A program made the translations under genes and the position numbers. The notes beneath the pieces are model-generated. The model was given only the letters and a program-made list of their open reading frames with translations. It made no database searches and was not told where the DNA came from. From a virus, in the IMG/VR virus record IMGVR_UViG_3300046684_000205, positions 1 to 64,000 of that record: a stretch of DNA of 64,000 bases, one strand, 5' to 3'. This document shows, in pieces, positions 17,433-26,074 of the stretch; positions within the stretch are counted from its first letter, which is position 1; each line of letters opens with the position of its first letter.

Positions 17433-18215
17433 ATGAATTTCGAACTCTCCGACCACCACGACCTGATCATCCGCGCCAACACCGCCAAGGAAGTGGCCGA
17501 ACTCTGCGAGCACTTTCGCTTCGACATTACGAAACATACCGACAAGCTGGTCGCCGGCGAGATGACCCACACCGTCTCCGGCGCCAAGCGGCCCTGGTTC
17601 CATCAGTTCGCCGTCGTGCCCTTCTCCTTCCTGCAGCCCTACTACGACCTGCTGAAGAAGGTTACCGGCTACAGCGGCGCGCCCTTCGAAATCTCGGCGC
17701 CGCGCTACCCGGACAGCCGCCACCGTCAGAACCTGTGCCACACCCACATCGTGGTCGACGCGGCGATCGGCGCCGACGGCTACCATGCCGAAGGCTTCAT
17801 CCAGGCCGAGGACTGGAACGGCCAGCCGGCAGACGTGCGCGCCGAGCGCAATTTCAATGAGTATCTGCGCGCCGCGCTGGGCGACACGAAGCGCGAGCCG
17901 CAGTACCTCCGGGCAGGCAACAACTACCTGATCGAAAATCCGAACTACCTGCGCCGGCACGCCCCGCACCCGGCCGCGGCCAGCACGGCCCTGTTCGAGG
18001 CGATCTTCAGCCACTGGCTGACCAACCACGCTACCGATGCCCAGCGCGATCTGTGGGCCGAGGGCGAGGCCTGCTTCGGTACCGTCGTCAAATCCGAAAC
18101 CCTTGCCGCCAGCATGCTCCGCAATTACGATGGCAGGTTCCACATCGAAAACTACAATCGCTCCGTGACCCTCGACGAATTCAAGGCCTTGGGCCAGAAA
18201 GAACCGCAAGCATGA
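17433..18215 (+). CDS. Hypothetical protein, 260 aa
   Basis: AAGGAG RBS; typical codon usage. Confidence 0.8.
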   Translation: MNFELSDHHDLIIRANTAKEVAELCEHFRFDITKHTDKLVAGEMTHTVSGAKRPWFHQFAVVPFSFLQPYYDLLKKVTGYSGAPFEISAPRYPDSRHRQNLCHTHIVVDAAIGADGYHAEGFIQAEDWNGQPADVRAERNFNEYLRAALGDTKREPQYLRAGNNYLIENPNYLRRHAPHPAAASTALFEAIFSHWLTNHATDAQRDLWAEGEACFGTVVKSETLAASMLRNYDGRFHIENYNRSVTLDEFKALGQKEPQA

Positions 18216-18556
18216 AGAAACACTACCTGGTCCAGTATGCCTGGATGTACGACATGAGTGTCACGATCGACCATTCGATCATGACCGACGAGAAGCTCCA
18301 CGAGATGAATAACTTCTGGAGCGGCGCCGAGGAGCGGCTGCGGGACGCTGGCGGGGATGTCACGAAGGCTGTGCTGAAGATGCTGGGCCTGCGCGCGTTC
18401 ATCATGACCGTCACCGACCTTGACCCGGTGGGGATGTTCTGCCGCGGCGAGGTCGAAGGCTGGTACCCGATGGACGGCTCGCACGGCATGTGGCTGACGC
18501 ACCTCGACTACTTCGAGCTGGACGATGACGAGATCACTGTGAAGGAAGCAGCATGA
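18212..18556 (+). CDS. DUF2528-like protein
   Basis: VTIDH...LHEMNNFWSGAEERL....GDV.KAVLKML...EGW.PMDGSHG. Confidence 0.75.
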   Translation: MKKHYLVQYAWMYDMSVTIDHSIMTDEKLHEMNNFWSGAEERLRDAGGDVTKAVLKMLGLRAFIMTVTDLDPVGMFCRGEVEGWYPMDGSHGMWLTHLDYFELDDDEITVKEAA

Positions 18557-18996
18557 CCACCGAAGTCACCTACGATAACGGTGTCGCAACTATCATCGTC
18601 GGCGGCCATCGCAAAACCGAGATCAACGTGCTCCTCACTGCGCGGCTGGGTGTCGGCGGGCAGCTCGATCGCGTCAGCATGACCGACATCCGCGCCCTGA
18701 GCGCCGGCTACCTCGCCCTGGCTGGCGAACTGAAGCTGGCGCGTCAGGAGCTGGTCGCGGCGCGCGCTGGCGGCGTCGGGCCCGAACACGCTGCGGCGAT
18801 GCAGGAAGTGCGCGGTCTGGTGGCTGAGATGCGCGCCATGGGTGAGGCCTTCCTTGATGTTTGTGACCGCGGCGACGCGCCGGACAGTAAGACGGACAGC
18901 GATCTGCGTGGTGCGCTCTTCAAGGCGGAGCGCTGGCTGGTCGCCGACTCGACGGCAGCAATCGAGCGTCAGAAAATTTTGAAAGGAAAGGCATGA
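18553..18996 (+). CDS. Hypothetical protein
   Basis: ATGA-coupled. Confidence 0.7.
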   Translation: MTTEVTYDNGVATIIVGGHRKTEINVLLTARLGVGGQLDRVSMTDIRALSAGYLALAGELKLARQELVAARAGGVGPEHAAAMQEVRGLVAEMRAMGEAFLDVCDRGDAPDSKTDSDLRGALFKAERWLVADSTAAIERQKILKGKA

Positions 18997-19256
18997 AAAT
19001 CACCCGCGGCTTTGTCGCCGTCCAGCCGGACGGCCAGTTCCTGTACATCAGCAGCCAGACGACCCACACCGGCCACCACATCACTATCTCGCCGGTCGCC
19101 GACATCGACGACGCCACCGTGCGCAACCATCCGGCGCCGCGCGCCGGCGACCGCAAGGAGGCGGCCGCGCTGGCCGAGCTCAAGGTCAGCTGGGTGCCGG
19201 TCGAGGTGCACCGTAACGTGGTCCTGCAAGGCTACGGCGTGAAGGAGAAAGCATGA
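18993..19256 (+). CDS. Hypothetical protein
   Basis: ATGA-coupled. Confidence 0.7.
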   Translation: MKITRGFVAVQPDGQFLYISSQTTHTGHHITISPVADIDDATVRNHPAPRAGDRKEAAALAELKVSWVPVEVHRNVVLQGYGVKEKA

Positions 19257-19789
19257 AACCGCTCGAACAACTCGCCTGCCTCGCGATCCAAAACCTCGAC
19301 GAGAGGGGCTGGCGCGACCTTGCCGAGCAGCTTTCCGACAACGCTGAGTACCTGATTCGCCGGTCATTCAATACACCCTACACGCATCTCGAGGGCTATA
19401 TGGAGCGCTACTGGCTCCTGAACCCGTACGACTTCAACGCACCGAAGGGCACGCGCGAGCTGCCCAGCGCTCGGATCCACCACATCCTGCGCGAGGATCA
19501 CGACCGGCATTTCCACGACCACCCATGGGATGCCCGCTTTGTGATCCTGAAGGGCTGGTACATCGAGGAGCGGCTGCTGGCCGATGGCACCCCGCAGCGC
19601 ATCACGCGGCGCCCGGGCGACACCGCGACCCTCGACTTCGGCGAGTATCACCGCATCGTCGAAGTCTCGCCCGGCGGCGTCTGGACGCTCTTCATCACCT
19701 ACCAGTACCGCGGCACTTGGGGCTTCCTCGTCGACGGCAAGAAGGTGCCGTGGCGTGAATACCTGGCGACGGAGGGAGGCAGAGTATGA
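19253..19789 (+). CDS. Phage cupin-fold metalloprotein
   Basis: HDHPW...GWYIEE...YHRI...WTLFIT...WGF. Confidence 0.8.
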   Translation: MKPLEQLACLAIQNLDERGWRDLAEQLSDNAEYLIRRSFNTPYTHLEGYMERYWLLNPYDFNAPKGTRELPSARIHHILREDHDRHFHDHPWDARFVILKGWYIEERLLADGTPQRITRRPGDTATLDFGEYHRIVEVSPGGVWTLFITYQYRGTWGFLVDGKKVPWREYLATEGGRV

Positions 19790-20052
19790 TCCCGCCGATC
19801 ACCGACCCACTTGGGCGTTATTGGAATCAGCCGACTGACATCCGTGAAGCGCCGATGGATGACACGCATGTGCTGCTCACGGCGCGACAAATCGACGGCC
19901 TGTGCGAGTATTCGAGCTCTTATCCATCTGGCACTTACGATGGCAAGTGCTGGCTGCGCGCCAACGGCGATACGCGCTGGCTGTGCTGGTACCATCCTCA
20001 CCCGCAGCCGGGCAAGATCGGCATCGGGTCTCGTATCATTCTCGAAATCTAA
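19786..20052 (+). CDS. Conserved phage hypothetical protein (DPLGRYWNQP...YSSSYPSGTYDGKCW)
   Basis: GGAGG RBS; ATGA-coupled. Confidence 0.75.
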   Translation: MIPPITDPLGRYWNQPTDIREAPMDDTHVLLTARQIDGLCEYSSSYPSGTYDGKCWLRANGDTRWLCWYHPHPQPGKIGIGSRIILEI

Positions 20053-20061
20053 GGAAACATC

Positions 20062-20292
20062 ATGACCCTTCCCGAGCTGCTCGAGCGCGTCGGCGCCGAC
20101 AACATCAATTTCCAGATGCTGAACGCCGCGATGACGAACATCACAGCAACCAAACGTGACAGCAAAATCACCTTCCTGACCGACGCCCTGACGCCGACCC
20201 ACATTGCCACCGACACCGGCCCGATCGGCCTGATCGTCTGGTGTGACCGCGCGGCGTGGGACGCCGCGCTGCCGAAAGGAAGCAAGTCGTGA
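20062..20292 (+). CDS. Hypothetical protein
   Basis: AAGGA RBS. Confidence 0.7.
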   Translation: MTLPELLERVGADNINFQMLNAAMTNITATKRDSKITFLTDALTPTHIATDTGPIGLIVWCDRAAWDAALPKGSKS

Positions 20293-20462
20293 GCCGGCGC
20301 CTCACCGTCTGGCTGCTGGCGCTGGCGCTGCTGGCGGTGCTGTCGGCCTCCCTCATGGGCGCTCTGTCCGGCAAGCCGCGGGCATTCTGGTACCCGGCCT
20401 ACGCCGCGCTGCATGACGTCGCTGACTGGGTACTGTGGAAATTTTTCGTAAGGAGGTTGTGA
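20289..20462 (+). CDS. Small membrane protein
   Basis: GTGA-coupled; hydrophobic helix. Confidence 0.6.
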   Translation: MSRRLTVWLLALALLAVLSASLMGALSGKPRAFWYPAYAALHDVADWVLWKFFVRRL

Positions 20463-20698
20463 TGCCTGATACCGGAACCGTACGCCAGATGCTCGTACGC
20501 CGGCGCCGCGCTGCCGACTGGTCCGAAGAGGAGGTCGTGGTCATGGCGCGCCATGCCGACTTCGTCGTCCACAAGTACCGCCACACCCACGAGAAGCTGC
20601 GCAAGCTGACGCGCCGCATGTGCCGCGATGGCAAGCTCAAGATGGTGATGTTCGACGGCCAACAGTTTTACTACCGCACACCCAAGGAGAAATCATGA
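20462..20698 (+). CDS. Basic hypothetical protein
   Basis: AAGGAGG RBS. Confidence 0.65.
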   Translation: MPDTGTVRQMLVRRRRAADWSEEEVVVMARHADFVVHKYRHTHEKLRKLTRRMCRDGKLKMVMFDGQQFYYRTPKEKS

Positions 20699-21009
20699 CC
20701 ACCCTCTACGCCGCCATTCCCGAAACCTCCTTCAGCCTCATCAATCTGCAGGACCTGACCAACGTCGACAAGCTGCTGCCGCACCTAATCTTCCTCACCT
20801 CCGACTTCAGCAGCATGGGCTACACCAATGTCGGCAAGGTCGAGATCGATGTCGAGCTGCTGCCGCCTGACCAGATCGTCGGCAACGCTGTGCTGGCGCT
20901 GCGCGCCAAGGCCGCCAACATCCGGGCCAAGGCGACGGCTGAGGCGACCAAGCTGGAGGGCATGGCCCAGCAGCTGCTGGCGATCGAGAACAAACCTACG
21001 GAGGTGTGA
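20695..21009 (+). CDS. Hypothetical protein with C-terminal coiled coil
   Basis: AAGGAG RBS. Confidence 0.75.
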   Translation: MTTLYAAIPETSFSLINLQDLTNVDKLLPHLIFLTSDFSSMGYTNVGKVEIDVELLPPDQIVGNAVLALRAKAANIRAKATAEATKLEGMAQQLLAIENKPTEV

Positions 21010-21010
21010 C

Positions 21011-21571
21011 ATGGGCTGGCTCTGGATGCATAAACCGAAGGACATGAAGGTCACCGACTTCATCCTCAATCACGCCGGCGTATTCCGCTGGTCCGATTCA
21101 CCCTACGAGTACAAGGTGCTCGACACCTCGATCGTCGAGCTGCGTACCTTCTACGCCGCCGTCGAGCAGGTGCACAAGGAGACCGGCGAGCGTCGTGTCT
21201 GGGCTGCAGTCCTGCTGCTCGGCTTCGCGCCGAAGGACGAATACAACTTCGGCTACAAGGATATGGACGAGAGCTGCGGACCCTGCGAGGCTCGCTGTCC
21301 GGAGCGCATTCTCGACCTGCTCACGCCGACCGAATACGAGCACGCCAAGGACTGGCGCGCCCGCTGCCGCGAATACCACGCCGCGCGCCGGGCGCGGCCG
21401 AAGATCGTCGTGGGTGGCAGCCTGACCTATGGCGGCCGGGGGTACAAGGTGATCAATCGCCTGACCAGAGCTTGGCAGATCCGGGGCGAGGATGGCATGG
21501 TCTACCGCCTGACCGACGCCCGGGCGCGCCGCTGCACGGCAGTACGCGCGCCGGAGGTGGCCCATGGCTGA
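21011..21571 (+). CDS. DUF6927-like protein
   Basis: MGW start, FYAAVE, FGYKDMDESCGP...CPERILDLLTP...WRARC. Confidence 0.8.
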   Translation: MGWLWMHKPKDMKVTDFILNHAGVFRWSDSPYEYKVLDTSIVELRTFYAAVEQVHKETGERRVWAAVLLLGFAPKDEYNFGYKDMDESCGPCEARCPERILDLLTPTEYEHAKDWRARCREYHAARRARPKIVVGGSLTYGGRGYKVINRLTRAWQIRGEDGMVYRLTDARARRCTAVRAPEVAHG

Positions 21572-21782
21572 CCTGACCGCGAAGATGCAAAAAGAGCTTG
21601 ATGGTATCGTGGCCGCGGCCAACGAAGGACTGCCGGCGCAGCTGCGTGACTTCGTGCTGATCGCCGTGAACGGCTTTCGTATGCATGTCGCCTACTACAA
21701 CAGCCACTACAAGCGCAAGCAGTTGCAGGCCCATATCGACACCCTTTCCCACCTCATCACCCTGGGAGTACACGACCGATGA
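21564..21782 (+). CDS. Hypothetical protein
   Basis: GGAGG RBS. Confidence 0.65.
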   Translation: MADLTAKMQKELDGIVAAANEGLPAQLRDFVLIAVNGFRMHVAYYNSHYKRKQLQAHIDTLSHLITLGVHDR

Positions 21783-22273
21783 GCACCCGCCGACGCAATA
21801 TCCCCGGTGGCGACTTCGCCTTTTCCCTGTTCGACGAGATCCGTGCCTCGCCCGAGCATCCGATGCCGGCCGCCGAGCGCGAACGCAACGTGACCGGCGC
21901 TCGCCGACACCTTGAGCAGTTGGCCTATGGCGCCGCGCCGTCGCGCCTGAACTGGAAGGTGCTGGCCACGATCGGCAACTTCTTCCAGACCATGCTGACC
22001 CTCGACCTGGTCAAGGGCGAGGACGGCCTGCTGGAGCATGCCAAGGCGGTGCTGTACAGCGCCAGCCAGCACGCCGACAAGCACGGTGTGCCGCTGCGCC
22101 TGGTCGGCGTCGAGGTGGCTATCATGGAGAACCTGCTGCAGGCCTATGACAATGTGCTGGCGGCCCTGCCGCACCGCGACTTCATCCGCGTCTGCCGCGA
22201 GACTGATAAGCGCATGCGCGTGCAGCGCCCGGGCGACTATGACGCCAACCCTGCGAGGAAGGAGAAGACATGA
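21779..22273 (+). CDS. Hypothetical helical protein
   Basis: ATGA-coupled. Confidence 0.75.
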   Translation: MSTRRRNIPGGDFAFSLFDEIRASPEHPMPAAERERNVTGARRHLEQLAYGAAPSRLNWKVLATIGNFFQTMLTLDLVKGEDGLLEHAKAVLYSASQHADKHGVPLRLVGVEVAIMENLLQAYDNVLAALPHRDFIRVCRETDKRMRVQRPGDYDANPARKEKT

Positions 22274-22533
22274 TCAACCAGACGCAGCACCACACCCTAT
22301 GCCGCCTCATCGAGGCGTACCGCGATGCAGCGATCGAGGACAGCTGGAAGGGTGGTGGTGACCCTGCTGACATTCCCGGGATCGAGCGCACGGTGAAGTG
22401 TGCCAAGGACGACCTGAACGCCTTCATCGACGAGATCACGGCGCCGGCCGATACTGTCGCCATTCCGGCCTGCGTCCAGCAGGCGCAGGCCATGCTGGCG
22501 GTGGCCAATGCCTACCTGAAGGAGCATTCATGA
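22270..22533 (+). CDS. SWKG-motif small protein (copy 2)
   Basis: AAIEDSWKGGGDP. Confidence 0.7.
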   Translation: MINQTQHHTLCRLIEAYRDAAIEDSWKGGGDPADIPGIERTVKCAKDDLNAFIDEITAPADTVAIPACVQQAQAMLAVANAYLKEHS

Positions 22534-22871
22534 CCACCACCCGCGACAAAATCACTGCCAAGGCGGCGCTGGCCGACCTGCTGGAGCTGTGTAAGGACAA
22601 GCCGGAGTCGCGCTGGCGTCAGCCCTTCGATGCCGCTATGTCCTTCATTAACAGGGTGTCGGTAGCGCCGGCGCCAGCGCCGGTGTACGAGTGCATCGGC
22701 AAGGGTGGTGAGTATAGGCTGCTGGGCCACGGCCACGCGGCCGGACTGCTCCGTGACAAGCTGCGGGATGCTGGGCTGGGGGAGGACCTAAAAGTCTACG
22801 TTAGCCTCGGTGGCGAGGTGTTCGTTCGTCTAGACGGGGACTTCGCTGATCGAATGCGCCGCATCCGATGA
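22530..22871 (+). CDS. Hypothetical protein
   Basis: KGGEYRLLG...VYVS..GEVFVR...F..RM. Confidence 0.7.
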   Translation: MTTTRDKITAKAALADLLELCKDKPESRWRQPFDAAMSFINRVSVAPAPAPVYECIGKGGEYRLLGHGHAAGLLRDKLRDAGLGEDLKVYVSLGGEVFVRLDGDFADRMRRIR

Positions 22872-23257
22872 GCACCCCGAGGTCCCAGTACCGCTTCCTG
22901 CTGGCGCTGGCGCGCGCCCTGCTGCATGAGCGGCCAGGGATCACAACCTCCGAGCTGGCGCACCAGCTGAGTGTTTCGGAGAGCACCGTGCGCAGCTACC
23001 GCGCCAAGATCGCCGCTGGCGTCGATCCGGTCGATCCGGTTGCCGAGGCCCGGCTTTTCCTGATTCAGCAACCGCAGGCGACCGTACAGCAGGTGGCCGA
23101 CCACCTTGGCCTCAGCTATGAGGCGGCGCGCGTGCACCGGAAGAAAGCTTTGGCACTGCTGGCTAGGAATCCGCCGGCGCCGGTGCCGAAGAAGCCGCTG
23201 CCCAAGCCGCAGCACACCTACCCCATCCCACGATTTCTTGATTTGAAGGAGCTTTGA
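22868..23257 (+). CDS. Tandem helix-turn-helix DNA-binding protein
   Basis: TTSELAHQLSVSESTVRSY and TVQQVADHLGLSYEAARVH. Confidence 0.8.
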   Translation: MSTPRSQYRFLLALARALLHERPGITTSELAHQLSVSESTVRSYRAKIAAGVDPVDPVAEARLFLIQQPQATVQQVADHLGLSYEAARVHRKKALALLARNPPAPVPKKPLPKPQHTYPIPRFLDLKEL

Positions 23258-23572
23258 ATGTTCCACCCTTACACCATCGGCCTCGACGGCGGCAAGTACA
23301 CCGTCATCAACGACAACGGCCAGCTGACCTTTCGGCGCCATAGCGCGGCGTGGCCGGCTGCCGACAGCCTGAAGCACTCTGGCGTGGTGCTGGCCATGGC
23401 CCAGCGCATCGAGGAACTCGAGGTGGCGATCGGCATCGTGTTGCGCGGTACGTTGGATGAGCGCGGCGTGCGGCGCGCTGACGGCATGGAGCCCTACGCT
23501 ATCGCGGGTGGCCCCGGCTCGCCGGTTTGCGGCTGGCAGGCGATCTTGATCCGCGCGCTGGAGCAGAAATAA
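23258..23572 (+). CDS. Hypothetical protein
   Basis: AAGGAG RBS; DGGKYTVIND motif. Confidence 0.7.
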   Translation: MFHPYTIGLDGGKYTVINDNGQLTFRRHSAAWPAADSLKHSGVVLAMAQRIEELEVAIGIVLRGTLDERGVRRADGMEPYAIAGGPGSPVCGWQAILIRALEQK

Positions 23573-24174
23573 TGCCCACACCCACCCTCACCCGCAAGCA
23601 GTATGAGGGCGTGCGCCAGCAGGCTTTTGAGCTCTGGTTGACGGCGCGTGGCGCCGAGGTTCTCACACCCACCAATCAGTGGGAGCTGCTGCGCTTTCGC
23701 ACCGAGGAAGGCACCTCGATCGTCTACACCGACAAGCACGGCAAGCTGACCTGGACCAACCAGGCGGCGCAGGCCTACCTTGCCCATGTCGGCGGCAAGC
23801 CATGGCGCGCCGTGCCGAAGACTCAGCGCCGGCTGCGTTCCAGCCCGGTTTGTCAGGCCCTGCGTAAGCGCGATGGCGACGCCTGCTTCTTTTGTCATCT
23901 CGACGTGGCGATCGAGGAAGAGTCGCCAGAGCACCTGGTCGCCGTCACGCACGGCGGCCCGGACCACATCGCCAACATGGCGCTGGCGCATCGCGTCTGC
24001 AACCAGCAGGCCGGCCATCTCTCGCTGATGGAGAAGATTCAGCTCCGCGAGAATAACTTTTTCCGGCTGCACACGCCCGGCACGCTGCCGAATCTGGCGC
24101 TGGATGAGGGCGGGCCGGTGCTGGTGTACCCGCCTGATGGATCCACACCTCCCTGGGAGAATCCAAATGTCTGA
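23572..24174 (+). CDS. HNH endonuclease with N-terminal extension
   Basis: RDGDACFFC...EHLV...GGPDHIANMALAHRVCN. Confidence 0.85.
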   Translation: MPTPTLTRKQYEGVRQQAFELWLTARGAEVLTPTNQWELLRFRTEEGTSIVYTDKHGKLTWTNQAAQAYLAHVGGKPWRAVPKTQRRLRSSPVCQALRKRDGDACFFCHLDVAIEEESPEHLVAVTHGGPDHIANMALAHRVCNQQAGHLSLMEKIQLRENNFFRLHTPGTLPNLALDEGGPVLVYPPDGSTPPWENPNV

Positions 24175-24361
24175 CCCAACCCAACAACTCTGGAACGTGA
24201 AGATCACCTTTACCGACGGCGTCTATTTCTGCGACGCCTGGGCCGTTGACGCCGACCGCGCGCTGCATTTATGCCTGACGGATGCGCGCATGGTGTCCGG
24301 GCATCCGAGCCTCATCGGCGACGTGCGCGAGGTAAGCATCATCTGGAAGGGGAAAATGTGA
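24167..24361 (+). CDS. Hypothetical protein
   Basis: GGAG RBS. Confidence 0.6.
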   Translation: MSDPTQQLWNVKITFTDGVYFCDAWAVDADRALHLCLTDARMVSGHPSLIGDVREVSIIWKGKM

Positions 24362-25041
24362 CCTCCCCAGTTCACCTGACCCGCGTATCTGCCAACGCCA
24401 AGACTGGCCCTATCCCCGTCTCCACCTCCTCCCGCGCTACCTGTCCATCCACCTGCTCCTTCAAGGGCAACGGCTGCTACGCCGAGAACCATCCGCTCGC
24501 CTACCACTGGAACCGCGTCACGGCAGGCCGTGGCTTGCTGTGGGAAGACTTCGTCGACGAGATCAGCCGCCTGAAGGCCGGCCAGCTGTGGCGCCACAAC
24601 CAGGCTGGAGACCTTGCCGGCGAAGGCGATGTGATCGACGCCAAGGCGCTGCGCCAGCTGACGAAGGCGAATCGCGGCAAGCATGGCTTTACCTACACCC
24701 ATTACCCGCCGACGCCAGCGAACGTGAAGGCGATCCGCGCCGCGATTAAGGGCGGCTTCACGGTCAACCTGTCGGCTGACTCGCTGGCTGACGCTGACCG
24801 GCTGGCGCCGCTCGGCCTGCCGCTGGTGGTCGTGGTGCCGCTGGGCTGGAAGGAGGGGAAGACGCCGGCCGGGCGCCGCGTGACGCTGTGCCCGGCCCAG
24901 CACAAGGAGTACATCACCTGCGCCACGTGCCAGCTGTGCCAGAAGGCAGATCGGCATGCGATCGTGGCGTTCGAAGCGCACGGCGCGCGTAAGCGCACCG
25001 TGATCAGGGTGCTCGAGGAAAGAGCTACGGCCGAACCTTGA
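24358..25041 (+). CDS. Cys-rich putative Fe-S protein (DUF7227-like, radical-SAM-related)
   Basis: NAKTGPIPVS, CPSTC.....GCYA, WRHNQAGDL, FTYTH, CPAQ....TCATCQLC. Confidence 0.75.
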   Translation: MTSPVHLTRVSANAKTGPIPVSTSSRATCPSTCSFKGNGCYAENHPLAYHWNRVTAGRGLLWEDFVDEISRLKAGQLWRHNQAGDLAGEGDVIDAKALRQLTKANRGKHGFTYTHYPPTPANVKAIRAAIKGGFTVNLSADSLADADRLAPLGLPLVVVVPLGWKEGKTPAGRRVTLCPAQHKEYITCATCQLCQKADRHAIVAFEAHGARKRTVIRVLEERATAEP

Positions 25042-25168
25042 TGAAAGCCTGCGGCTTCGGCGGCGGCTTGGCCGCTTCCAGCCGTGCCGCTTCCGAAGCC
25101 GCCGCCGCGGCTTCCTGTTCTGCGATTTCTTTCTCGGCCGCCTCAGCCAGTTTTTGTGGGTCGATCAT
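25025..25168 (-). CDS. 47-aa Ala/Glu-rich protein
   Basis: TGATG-coupled to the upstream gene; MIDPQKLAEAAE... Confidence 0.55.
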   Translation of the reverse strand: MIDPQKLAEAAEKEIAEQEAAAAASEAARLEAAKPPPKPQAFIKVRP

Positions 25169-26073
25169 CAGTTGTCTGTCTGGGTAAAGTAAATCGTGCG
25201 GAAGATTTGCTCGCCGCTGGCGAAGGTGATCGGCACCATGCACGAGTTGGTGCCGGCCAGATCCAGCCCGCCCAACTTGACGATCGCAAGGTTGTCCTGT
25301 GCGACCGGCGGCATCAGCGAGTTGACGCCGACCGGCGTCGGCGCCTGCACCGAGGCCAGCGTGCTGAGGCTGTAGCCCAGGTCCGCGCTGCAGTCGATGG
25401 CGAAATACTGCAGATCATCAGGGTCCTTGGGGAAGGTCCAGGACCGATCGTCCAGCAGCGTGAAGTGAATCGACTTGTCGATCTGCTCGCCGTTGGCGCA
25501 AGAGATGCGCAGCGTGACGTAATTGTCGAAATTGGTGGCCGTGTTCAGGCCGCCGATCTTCACCGAGATCAGGCCGCCCTGAATGACAGGACCTTCCAGC
25601 AGCATTACGCCGTTCACGAGCGCCACACAGGACACGGCGACCGTGCCCGCCTCCAGCATGACGCGTGAGACGTCGGCAACGTACCAGAGCTTGTCGAGCG
25701 GCGCCTTGTTGATGGTCCACTTCTTGTTTTTCAGGTACGGACCGTTCTGCAGTAATTTGGGCGCGTTTTCGGTGCCGAACAGGACGACGCGTGAGCCGCC
25801 GGCGAACACGGCGATGCGGCTGGCGGCGACCGTGATGACGGCCGGGACAGTCGCCGAGGATGCCATGCCGGCGGCGATCGAGGTGCTGCTGGACAGGGCA
25901 GCACCTGGGGCATTGCCGGCGACGGCGGTCGGGCCGCCCTGGCCGCCCGCCGAGGCAAGGCCTGCCACAAGTTTCGTGGCGCTGGCAAGCGCCGCGCCGG
26001 GCGCGCTGGCGCTGGCTGCTACGGCGCCGGCCATGCCGACGGCGTCAAGGCCTACCGCGTTGCGTGCGATCAT
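25168..26073 (-). CDS. Putative fibre scaffold/adaptor: Ala-rich N-terminus plus two K[DA]PxD..[WY]..D adaptor-like domains
   Basis: NKAPLDKLWYVADVS and PKDPDDLQYFAIDCS repeats. Confidence 0.7.
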   Translation of the reverse strand: MIARNAVGLDAVGMAGAVAASASAPGAALASATKLVAGLASAGGQGGPTAVAGNAPGAALSSSTSIAAGMASSATVPAVITVAASRIAVFAGGSRVVLFGTENAPKLLQNGPYLKNKKWTINKAPLDKLWYVADVSRVMLEAGTVAVSCVALVNGVMLLEGPVIQGGLISVKIGGLNTATNFDNYVTLRISCANGEQIDKSIHFTLLDDRSWTFPKDPDDLQYFAIDCSADLGYSLSTLASVQAPTPVGVNSLMPPVAQDNLAIVKLGGLDLAGTNSCMVPITFASGEQIFRTIYFTQTDN

Positions 26074-26074
26074 G

